Source: the human T2T-CHM13v2.0 reference genome, Homo sapiens
Assembly (NCBI RefSeq): GCF_009914755.1
Contig: NC_060934.1
DNA: 64,000 bases
Direction: 5' to 3' (one strand)
The position numbers and the translations under genes are program-made. The notes beneath the pieces were generated by a model. That model saw nothing but the letters and a program-made list of their open reading frames with translations, was not told where the DNA came from and did not search any database. Of the stretch, positions 46,329 through 64,000 are shown one piece after another. Numbering within the stretch: the stretch's first letter is position 1; each line of letters starts with the position of its first letter.

Positions 46329-46440
46329 CCTGAGGCAGGAGGATTGCTTGAGCCCAGGAATCCGAGTTTGCAGTGAGCTGTGATCACCACTGCACTCTAG
46401 CCTGGACAACAGAGCAAGACCCTGTCCAAAAAAAAAAGGC
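46329..46440 (+). mobile_element. Alu right-arm/FRAM fragment
   Basis: ctgaggcaggaggattgcttgagcccagg...agcaagaccctgtccaaaaaaaaa. Confidence 0.85.
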
Positions 46441-46689
46441 AGAAAAAAGTTACCAATTACAGAAAATTTCTTAGTTTTATTGGGCTGAAATTTATACTTC
46501 CTCATGGTTTCTTCCTGATAGTTCAGTTCTGCACCCTTAAATTACACAGAGAAAGTCTCTTAATTCTTTGATAGCCAGGAAGAAACTAAATTATTTCTTC
46601 CCCAAACTGAAGATGTCCATTTTATTGAGCTGTACCACACATGGCATTCTACAGATATTTAGCCTTTGAAAAATTGCAGAAAATAATGA

Positions 46690-46851
<162 letters not shown>

Positions 46852-47331
46852 TAAAAAAATTTTTTTTGGCTTGCTTGTTTGCATTTGGTTACTTGAAGCA
46901 GCTTTTCAGAAAATGAGTAGTTAGGGAACATAAACTGTTTTGTGACTAACTCCTAATTTTCCTTAAATAAAGAGAGATTAAAGGTTCAAATTGGTCCCAC
47001 CTACTTGTAAATAGTTTAGGTTCAAAAAACTCTGGAAACATTTTTTCCATGATGATTTGATTTCTAAATCATCCCATTTACAGACCTACTTTTAACCCAT
47101 CATCAAATTTTACTGCTTGGAAGGGATTATAGAGCTGATATAATCCCAGATTCTTTTTATGGGAAGCCAAAGCTCAGAGAGAATAAATGGGTTTCCAAAG
47201 TCCTAGCAACTATTTTATAACAGTTTTCATGGGAAATTGTGTTCTGTGTTTTACAGTGAACACTTGTATGTCCTTCACCTATATTTACCAGTTAACCTTT
47301 TTTGCCACATTTCCTTTATCACTCTCTCTAC

Positions 47332-47802
47332 TATATTAGTTTCCTATTGGTGCTCTAACAAGTTACCACAAACTTACTGGCTTAAAACAATATAAGTTTA
47401 TTATCTTATGGTTCTGGAGGTCAGAAGTTCAAATTGAATCTTACAGGGCTGAAATCAAGGTATCAATAGAGCCGTATACAATAGAGCCGTATTCTTTCAG
47501 GGGGCTTTAGGAGAACATCTGTACCCTGCTTTTTCTGATCTCCAGAGGCTGCTTGCATTTCCTATCACTCAGACTTCTGACGGGTACATCTCCAGCTCTA
47601 ACTGTCCTTCCTGCCTGCCTCTCGTAAGGATACTTGTTGATTACACTGGGCCCACCTAGATAGTCCAGGATTTATCTCTCCATCTCGAGATTCATAAGTT
47701 AATCACACTGGCAGATTCCCTTTTATCAGGTAAGGTAACATATTCATAGGATGTCAGGGATTAGAATGTGGACATATGGGAGCTGTTTTTTCTGTCTACC
47801 GT
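47332..47802 (-). mobile_element. MLT1 (MaLR) LTR
   Basis: tattagtttcctattggtgctctaacaagttaccacaaactt...ggttctggaggtcagaag...taaggtaacatattcatagg. Confidence 0.85.
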
Positions 47803-48322
47803 GTGTATATAATCTTTTTTTCCCCGCCCCACCATCAGGATGCTTCACCCTTAAATACTTGGGCATGCATCTAGGACAAGAACATTCTTTTGTATAACCA
47901 CAATACAGAATACTATAGTTCATATTTATGTATATCATATATATCACAATATTTTCTAATGTACAGTCAACTTTCAAATTTTCACGTCTTAAGTCTTTTA
48001 TAGCTGTTTTTTGTTTGCTTTGTTTTATAAGATTCAGGATCTAATAAGGGATCATTCATTGCATTTGGTTGCATTTCTTTTAGTCTCGTTTAACCTGAAA
48101 GAGTGCTCCAGCCTTTCTTTTGTCCTTCGTACATTGGCGTTTTGGAAGAGTCTAGGCCAGGTTTTTTGCAGAATGTTTTTGGATGTGTCTGATATTTTTT
48201 ACTCAGGATTAGATTCAGATTAAACATTTTTGACAAGAGCACTACGTAAGTGATATATCCTTCTCAGTGCATCATATCAGAAGGACTGATGTCTGCTTGT
48301 CATGTCATTGATTATTATTACT

Positions 48323-49045
<723 letters not shown>

Positions 49046-49354
49046 TTAAATACATGTTTATTAAATTAATTGAATAATAGTTTCTTTTTACATGTGAAAA
49101 GAAATTAAATTCTTCTTTTAAAAATTAAGGTTGTCTTTTGATTGAGGTATTTTCTATTATTTACTTCAGCAATTTGTTAGAAAATAATTTATCCCTGCTT
49201 AGGACTTTCACTGTGAAATAGGTTTATATGCTGAAGTATTTACAGGTGAAATAAAATGATACCTGGGATTTGCTTCAAAATAATACAGTGGTGGTGGTAG
49301 GAGCAAAGCTGAAATGGGATTGGTTGAATGTTGATTATTGTTGAAGTTGGATGA

Positions 49355-49750
<396 letters not shown>

Positions 49751-49971
49751 TAATAGACATTTATGAAATTCTGAGATAATTAGATATCCTGGACTTTGTG
49801 TACCTTCAGCAAGCATTTTTTGAGTTTCCGTTCTGTGACAAGCACTTGCTTGGAACTAAAGACACTAACATAAGATAGATATTGTCCTCAAAGAATGCCA
49901 CAAGGAATGAAAGACATGTAACTAAACCATTGCAAGACAATAGGATGTCTATACAGTGATAGAAGTATACT

Positions 49972-50182
49972 CAGATGCTCCTTAAGTTATGGTGGGGTTG
50001 CATCCAGATAAACCCATGGTAGATTGAATATCTTAAGTTGGAAGTACATTTACGACTTACAATGGATTTATCCAGACATAGCCTCGTTGTAAGTCAAGGA
50101 GCGCACTGAAAGTGTATTGCTTTTGAACCATTGTAAAGTTGAAAAATTTTAAGTCAAACCATCATAAGTTGCAGACTGCCCA
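49972..50182. mobile_element. Tigger5/MER47-type non-autonomous DNA element
   Basis: cagatgctcc...gataaacccat and internal inverted copy atggatttatc...gtcaaggagc; family from memory. Confidence 0.65.
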
Positions 50183-50594
50183 TGAAAGGTGTAGTGGGGC
50201 ACAAAGGAGAAAGTTAATTTGTAGGATAGCTTTTTTGCAATTTGTGTCTGCTTTAATAAGTATATCTAGATTTTCTCTCTCCTGGGATTAGTTTTGGTAT
50301 TTAATATACCTATAAAAGTCATTTATGTTATCCATTATTTGCTGAATTAAGCAAATATATCTTTTGATTTTAAAAAGTGTTTTCCTTCTCTGAAATTATT
50401 TCTCCGTAATTGTGTATTTTTGCTTTCAATTTTTTCTTTATTACAGTAGTTTATTGTTTACTAATTTATTTTTTCCCTAAGAAACAGTTTAGCTTTATCT
50501 GTTTTTGAACTTTATAATGATGGAATTACTCAGCGTGTGTTTTTTTTCTTTTGGTATCTAGCTCTTGTTCAACATTAAGTTTTTAAGATTTATT

Positions 50595-50778
50595 TGGGAG
50601 CTAAATGGTGAGAACACATGGACAGATAGAGGGGAACAACATACACTGGGGCCTTTCAGAGGGCAGAGGATGGGAAGAGAGAGAGGATCAGGAAAAATAA
50701 CTAATGGGCACTAGGATTAATAACTGGGTAATGAAGTAATCCATACAACAAACTCCCACGACACAAGTTAAAAAAAAA
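50595..50778 (+). mobile_element. Short L1PA 3'UTR fragment
   Basis: gggagctaaatggtgagaacacatggac...gaggatcaggaaaaataactaatggg. Confidence 0.8.
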
Positions 50779-51360
50779 GCTTCCCATTTATAGATTGCTA
50801 CTTAGAAGGCAGGGATTTGAACTGGGAGGAATTTAAAATGATCTTGACCTGTTGTGTTGTGAAAAGGTTTACAAATTTCAGGAAAATATACCTCTTCTCA
50901 AATGGATTGGGAATTATGAGGTCACAGACATTTCTCAGGATTCCGTAAAACATGTACCTGTAGCAGAGTATTAGAGGAGATTGAAGCAAAGGGGCAAGCG
51001 GTAACTTCTTGGGGGCGATTAAGTCATTGTATTATCATGGTGGGGGCAGGTTATACAGTTGTTTATATTTGTCGAAAGTCATCAGCCTGTATATTTAAAT
51101 CATGTGTATGTAAATTACAATTTAATAAAGTTTTAAAAATGAAAAAAGATTTATGAGGTTGCATATAGCTACAATTTTTAATTTTCATTACTGTATAATA
51201 TTCCATTATATGAATATTTTACAGTTTATTCATTATCTTTTCAGTAGACATTGTTTTTAGTTTGGGGCTATTATGAACCTTGTTGCTATGAACATTATTG
51301 TATATGTTTATTGGGGTACAGGTATACCTGTTTCTGAAGGTGTATGTCTGGTAGAATTAT

Positions 51361-51855
<495 letters not shown>

Positions 51856-52045
51856 CTTTTTTTTTTTTAAATATAAAGTTTTAGTGGTAAGCATGTGAGA
51901 ATTTTTTAAATCTCCAGTTGCCTCCTTTTTATTTCTAATAGTAGATTTTATTATTTGAATAGATTGAACAGACTATTATCTAATTCCTTTTTAAATTTCT
52001 TAGTGTTTACGTCTCTTTGTTAACTTCTTGATTTCATTGCCTTTG

Positions 52046-53240
52046 TGTAAGGACAGACTCTCTCAAGCCGTGTTTTTCCTTTACTCTCACACCACCATCA
52101 CAATCATCAACACAGAAGACTTCTGTGACCAAATGTGTGGGAGCCTTTCCCCTGCACGCCAAGCAGGAGACACCAGCTGGGTGTCCTCCAGTTCAGATTT
52201 GACATTGTCTACCTGGAGGTAGTATTAGATCCCACAGGTTGAGGGCTCAGTCCCCAAGTGCCCCATCGGTACTCTTCTGTTCAGCTGGCTTCAAGTTGGC
52301 GTTCCCATGACCTCTTCTTTGGGTTCAGTTAATTTGCTGTAGCAGCTCACAGAACTCAAGGAAACACTTTTGCTGGTTTATTATAAAGGATGTTACAAAG
52401 GATACAGATGAAGAGATGAGTAGGGCGAGATATGGGGGAAGGGGCGTGGAGCTTCCATGTCCTCCCTGGGCATGCCACCCTCCAGGAAGCTCCACATGTT
52501 CAGCTATCTGTAAGCTCTCTAAACCCAGTCCTCTTGGGTTTTTATGGAAGTATTCCTTCCCCCCAGGATATGAGGCAGGACCCTTTCAGGGCAGGATCTT
52601 AAGACCCCCAGAAAGGCAGGAAGATTAGAGTTCTGCCTCCGCACAGGTGAAAGGGAGGCAGGAGAGAGATTCTGTTTCCTGAGGCCTGCCCTGGAGGCCT
52701 AACACACCCAGCATTATACCAAAAGACTACAACAAGGGATATGGGAGTTACAAACCAGGAAGTGTGGACGAAAGCCAATATATACATATCATAATACCAC
52801 AGGTCAGCCCCTGGTTTTCGAAGAGGGATACCTTACATCAAAAGAATATATACAATCATTAATAATCCAGTCCATCATCTGTATGAATGTCTTCCAGGGC
52901 AAGGCCACTCAGGTTTGCCAGCTTCCTTTCAATCCTGTCAGGTTCCAAAACCAGGAGTGGTCTTGGCAAATTTATGGCTTCACCCTTTCATGCATCTGTC
53001 ATACTTGAGCTAAGAGACAGCGTCACCTTTTGCTCTGAGCCCCGTTCAAGGCGTTCATGTAATATGTCATTTCCTTCAATTTATAACCCGTTTATTCATC
53101 CTTTTTCCCTCAGCTGTTCTCCTTTTCTTCATTAATAAATATCTACACTGCTACCTTTGGAAGGGACACAAGTTGCCATTGTGCTGTGCTAGTCTAGATT
53201 GTAGGCAGCAATGCTAGTGTAGCAAGTAGCTCCTCCTCAC
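52046..53240 (-). mobile_element. MER21-type LTR (about 52046-52801) plus adjoining internal sequence
   Basis: acagaagacttctgtgaccaaatgtgtggg, agatcccacaggttgagggctcagtcccc, agcagctcacagaactcaaggaaacac; ends cataataccaca. Confidence 0.7.
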
Positions 53241-53654
53241 CCCTTTAATGTATTTTTTGTTTTGTTTTTATATATGGCACTGACCCACCCCTGCTCTTAA
53301 AACTTACTATGACATGCACTTAGTTTCTCTAGGAGCTCTTTCGGGAAGAAAGGTTTGTGACTATTGTAGTCATCTTGAACCTCTTTTGGGTTACATATTT
53401 TAGTCCCCTAGTTGTGGTTTTAGCTACAGGTTTTAGTTCTAGATAGAGATTTCAGTTCTCCACTTCTACATGAGCAAATGATCAAATGATATGTAAGTGG
53501 AAAATTTAACCCTCAGATAAAGGCTACTTAATTACCAGCTCCCGGTTCCAGACCTTTCAGCAGAGGTTAATAACTGTAATCAGTGATAGGTAGGTTTCAA
53601 ACCGTTTTCTATACTTTTATAATCTGTATCATTCTTAGAAATATAAAAGGTATA

Positions 53655-53676
53655 GTGTGTGTGTGTGTGTGTGTGT
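53655..53676. repeat. (GT)11 microsatellite
   Basis: Read directly. Confidence 0.95.
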
Positions 53677-54218
53677 TGGTAATAAATGGTATTATAGGGT
53701 ATGTATTATTTTTAATGGGTTCTTATTCAACATTGTGTCTTGGAGATTTTTCCATGTCAGTACATGGAAATCTATAATATAGAACTTTTTGATAACTGCA
53801 AAGTATTCTGAAGTATGTGTATACCATAGTTTATTTAACCATCTACCTACTATTGGAATTTAGTTGTTTCTGGGGATTTTTTGGCTTCTATAAGCAGTGC
53901 TACTATAAGTCATTCTTGTACATTCTCCCTGGTGTTCCTCTGTGAATATCACTTTATAAGAAATGGAATTAAATGGGTCATAGGGTATGTGTGTTTTCAT
54001 GGATTTTGCCAATTTGCCCTCTAGAATGTCTATACCAATATACATTCCTTCCAACAGTACCCATTTCCCCATATCCTTGGTACACTTTTATTATTATTTT
54101 TTCACCAAACAGATACATGAACCAAAGTAACTCATTTTCTATTTGACTTCTACCTTCTCAAAATTCTTATACATTTCTCATCCACCTATGGTATCTTTCT
54201 GTGCTTTAATGAATATTC

Positions 54219-54279
54219 TTCTTCTTTATTCTTTCTTCTAAATGTATCCTTGACATTTAGAAGAAAGAATAAAGAAGAA
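54219..54279. repeat. Perfect 27-bp inverted repeat with 7-nt loop
   Basis: TTCTTCTTTATTCTTTCTTCTAAATGT-ATCCTTG-ACATTTAGAAGAAAGAATAAAGAAGAA. Confidence 0.97.
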
Positions 54280-54632
54280 TATTAATATAATATCATCTTA
54301 ATATAATGTTAGAAGAAAGGAGAGGTGAGCACATGTCCTTACTCCACTCTCTTGAGCTGTCCTGACCTTGGATGATTGGCTGTGAGCACTTACTGGCTTG
54401 CTCTTGCACACCAGCATCTACATTCCCCCAATCCAAATTTGTGATGCAGCATAAATCTCTCTGTGGTATGAACCTTAGGGACCAACTCTTAAATGCTGGA
54501 AAGGACAAATACTATATTTTGTGCAGAATGGTAATTAAACATTGTAACCATTTCTTAGAGAATCATTATTAAATCAGGGAATCTTGTTATATTTTTGAAA
54601 ATATATTAGAAATTATTTTTGAATTTTTTTAG

Positions 54633-54767
<135 letters not shown>

Positions 54768-56923
54768 TAAGAACTTTCTAAAAAATGTGAAGTACATTTT
54801 GAGTTACTACTAAACTTCTGGAAATTTTTTTATAATGAGTAATTTTAAAAAATAGTTTTTGCTTGTGTTTTAAAAAAATTTTAATATAATGTGATACAAA
54901 AGAATTCGATAACATATATGTAAATTATAAAACATACGAACCTTCCACTCTACCCAAGAACTAGAATATTCATAATAAATTGCATTTGTTTACTTATGTG
55001 TTCCTCAACTATTCCATTTTCCTGCCTCCTCTTGCCCTTCCCTTTCCTCCAGAAACTATTCTTTGGAATTTTGTATTGGTCATTCCTTCGCCTCTTTAAA
55101 ACAGTTTATATTATGAATGTATTGGTGCCCAAAGAATATATTTAGTTTTTCTTGGAATCATACTGCTTATTGTCTTTTGGGACTTGCTTTGTTTCCCCCC
55201 TCAACTTTATGTTTTTAATATTCAACATATTATTGCATATAGCTGTAGTTCATTTTCACTGTAGTACAATATTCAATAATGTGAATATACCATCTACTCT
55301 TGTCAGTGGGCATTTAGATAGTTCCTATCTTTTGCTGTTATAATTAGTGTAATTATGAACTCTATGTGGCTCCTGCTATGAATGTGCAAAATGTTTTTGT
55401 TTTGAAAGAGAAAAAGCTTTTGTTAACATTTATAATCTTCAATTAAAAATAATTTTTCATGACTTGAACCTTTGATAGAACCTCAATTCCAGGCTTGTTT
55501 CAAACTTCTGGGCTCAAGGAATCCTCTCCCGTTGGTCTCCCAAAGTGTTGGGATTACAGGCATGAGCCACTGCACCCAGCTGAGCACAGAGAACTTTGTA
55601 GGTGGTAGAAGTTTTCCCAAACTGGATTGTGGTGATTACACAGACAGCTGTATACATTTGTTAAGATATCTAACTCTTTAATTAAAACTGATGAATTTCA
55701 TGGTAGTTATGCTTCAGTAAAACTTAATCTGAGTATTTAACAAAAGTGTAAAAAAAAACGGAATGAAATAATTTTTTGGTAAAAGTGGAAAAATTTTTTT
55801 TAAAGAAGACTCCATTTTTCTGAATTAGTAAAGTTTTTTTTTACAAGGCAACACCAAAATGCTTATGACATAATTACTGAAAATGTTTTAAAATTATTAG
55901 ATCACTTCCCTGCATTGATGCGCAATATATTGGAAAATAATTGAATTTTTTTAATTAAGGATTTTACAGTGTCATAGGGTCATTATTTTTTAAAACAGTT
56001 TGAGAAATAATTCATATGTAGGCATGTCTCAAAGATAGTGCAAGTTCAATTCCAGACCACTGCAAAAAAGTGAATATCACAATGAAGGGAGTCACACAAT
56101 TTTTTTGGTTTCCCGGTGCATATAAAAGTTATGTTTATACTATAATAAGTGTGCAATAGCATTTTGTCTTAAAAAACAATACATACATACCTTAATTTAA
56201 AAATGCTTTATTACTAGGAAATGCCCATGATCATCTGAGCCTTCAGAGAGTTGTAATCTTTTTGCAGGTGAAGGGTTTTGCCTCAGGTGTTGAGGCTGCT
56301 GACTGATGAGAGTGGTGGTTGCTGAAGGCTGGGGTGGCTGTGGCAATTTATTGTAAAAGAAAATATCAATGAGGTTTGCTGCATCAGTTGACTCTTTCTT
56401 TCATGAAAGATGTCTCTGTAACACATGATGCCGTTTAATAACATTTTACCCACAGTAGAACATATTTTAAAATTGGAGTCAATCCTCTCAAAGCCTGTCA
56501 CTGCTTTGTCACTGTCACAATCCTTTGTTGTCATTTCAACAATATTCATAGTATCTTCACCAGGCGTAGATTTCATCTCAAGAAACCACTTTGTTCATCC
56601 ATAAGAAGCAACTCCTCAGGTGTTCAAGTTTGATCATGATATTGCAGTAATTCAGTCACATCTTTGGGCACCACTTGTAATTTTCTTGCTATTTCCACCA
56701 CATCTGCAGCTACTTCCTATCATCCATGAGGGTTGGAATCAGCCTCTTCCAAACTCCTGGTAATGTTGATATTTTGACCTCCTCCCATGAATTACAAATA
56801 TTCTTAATGGCATCTAGAGTGGTGAAACCTTTCTGGGAGGTTTCCAGTTTACATTCCTCAGATCCATTAAAGGCATCACTGTCTATGACAGCTATAGCCT
56901 TATGACATTTATTTCTTAAATAA

Positions 56924-57285
<362 letters not shown>

Positions 57286-58543
57286 TTTATAATGAAATCA
57301 AAATTACTACTTGATCTATGGGATGCAGAATAGATTTTGTTTTAGCAGACATGAAAACAACATTAATTTCCTTGTACATCTCCATCAGAGCTCTTGGATG
57401 ACCAAGTGTATTGTCAATGAGCAGTAATATTTTGAAAGGAATCTTTCTTTCTGAGCAGGAGGTCTCAATAGTAGGCTTCAAAGAGCCAGTAAGCCATGCT
57501 GTGTAAAAATAGATGTGCTGTCATCCAGGCTTTGTTGTTCTATTTATAGAGCACAGGCAGAATAGATTTAGCATAATTCTTACGGGCCCTAGAATTTTTG
57601 GAATGACCAGTGAGTATTGGCTTCAACTTACAGTCAGGAGCTGCGTTATCTGCTAACAAGAGAGTCATCCTATCCTTTGAAGCCAGACATTGATGTTCTA
57701 GATGGTATCTTCTTCCAAAAGAAGGCTGTTTTGTCTACATTGAAAATCTGCTTAGTATAGTGACCTTCAGTTATCTTAGCTAGATCTTCTGGATCACTTG
57801 CAGTTTCTACATCAGGACTTGCTGCTTCAACTTACATTTTTGTGTTATGGAGATAGCTTTTTTCCTTAAACCCCATGAGCTAACCTCTGCCAGCTTCTAA
57901 CTTTTCTTTTGCAGCTTCCTTACCTCTTAGCTTTTCTAGAATTGAGGAGAGTTAGAGCCTTGCTGTGGATTAGGCTTTGGCTAAGGGGAATGTTGCAGCT
58001 GTTTGGATCTTCTACCAGAGCACTGAAACTTTCTTCCTATCAGCAATAACATTCTTCCACTTTCTTATCATCCATGTGTTCACTGGAGTAGCACTTTTAA
58101 TTTCCTCCAAGAACTTTTCCTTTTCATTCATAACTTGGCTAACTGACCCAAGAGACCTAGTTTTTGGCCTGTTTCAGCTTAGGACATGCCTTCCTCACTA
58201 AGCTTAATCATATCTAGCTTTTGAGTTAAAGTGAAAGATGTGTGAGTCTTGCTTTCATTTGAACACTTAGAGGCCATTGTAGGATTATTAATTGACGTAA
58301 TTTCAGTATTATATCTCAGGGAATAGGGAGACTGGAGGAGAGGAAAGAGGATGGAGAATGGCTGGTCGGTGGAGCAGTCAGAACATATACAACATTTATC
58401 AGTTAAATTTACCATCTTATATGGGTGGGGTTCATGGCACCCCAAAACAATTACAAAAGTAACATAAAAGATCACTGATCACAGATCACCATAACAGATA
58501 TAATAATCATAGTAATAATTAAAAAAACTTTGAAATATTGTGT

Positions 58544-58597
58544 ATTACTAAAATGTGATACATTACTAAAATGTGATACATTACTAAAATGTGATAC
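58544..58597. repeat. 3 perfect copies of the 18-mer ATTACTAAAATGTGATAC
   Basis: Copies start at 58544, 58562 and 58580. Confidence 0.97.
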
Positions 58598-59134
58598 ACA
58601 AAATGAGCACGTGCTGTTGGAAAAATTACACAGATGGCCTTGCTTAACTCAGGATTGCCACAAACCTTCCATTTGTGGCAAAATGCAGTATCTACAAAGC
58701 ACAATAAATCAAAGCACAAGATGAGGTAATACCTGTATCATATACAGTTTACCTACTTAAAGTGCACAATTCAGTGTTTTAGTATATTCACAGAGTTGCA
58801 CAACCATCACTACTGCAACTTTAGAACATTTTCATCGCCTCAAAAAGAAACTCTATATGCTGTGCCTTAGCAGTCACTCTCCATTCACCCTCACTCTGCC
58901 ATCCCCTGGCAACCACTAATATATTTTCTGTCTGCATGCATTGGCATATTCTGGACATTTCATATAAATGGAATGATATAATATGTGGTTCTTTGTGACA
59001 GGCTTTTATGATTTAGCATCATATTTTTAAGGTTCTTCCATGTTGTACATGTAGCAGTAGCATGTATCATTCTTTTTCATGGCTGAATAATATTCCTTTG
59101 TATTACTATATCATGTTTTTGTTCATCTTATTTT

Positions 59135-64000
<4,866 letters not shown>

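Overview
Primate (almost certainly human) genomic DNA, mostly AT-rich and dominated by interspersed repeats. The only protein-coding gene is the 5' part of MINPP1 (multiple inositol-polyphosphate phosphatase 1, histidine acid phosphatase family) on the + strand. It has a CpG-island promoter at about 38.2-39.5 kb and coding exons 1-4 (38513-39149, 41933-42130, 46721-46818, 54633-54766). All are GT-AG, phase-compatible and total 1067 coding nt; the last exon lies beyond the window. A hairpin I recognise as MIR4678 sits about 1 kb upstream of the ATG. The first 37 kb is intergenic and full of nested elements: a THE1C provirus split by a HERV-K(HML-2) LTR5 solo LTR, LTR47A, MST/MLT1 LTRs, Tigger3b, L1M/L1PB/L1PA fragments, L2, MIR and many Alus. 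Intron 4 holds a full-length Tigger1 and an antisense, internally deleted L1PA. Almost all short ORFs in the track are repeat-derived. I see no convincing new multi-gene system. The best leads are a perfect 27-bp hairpin that sequesters an AATAAA in intron 3, a small alternative coding exon in intron 1, inverted Alus bracketing exons 3-4, a possible L1 gene-breaking configuration, and several local templated-insertion scars. Exon and motif coordinates were read directly; repeat subfamily names are recalled from consensus sequences and repeat boundaries are approximate.
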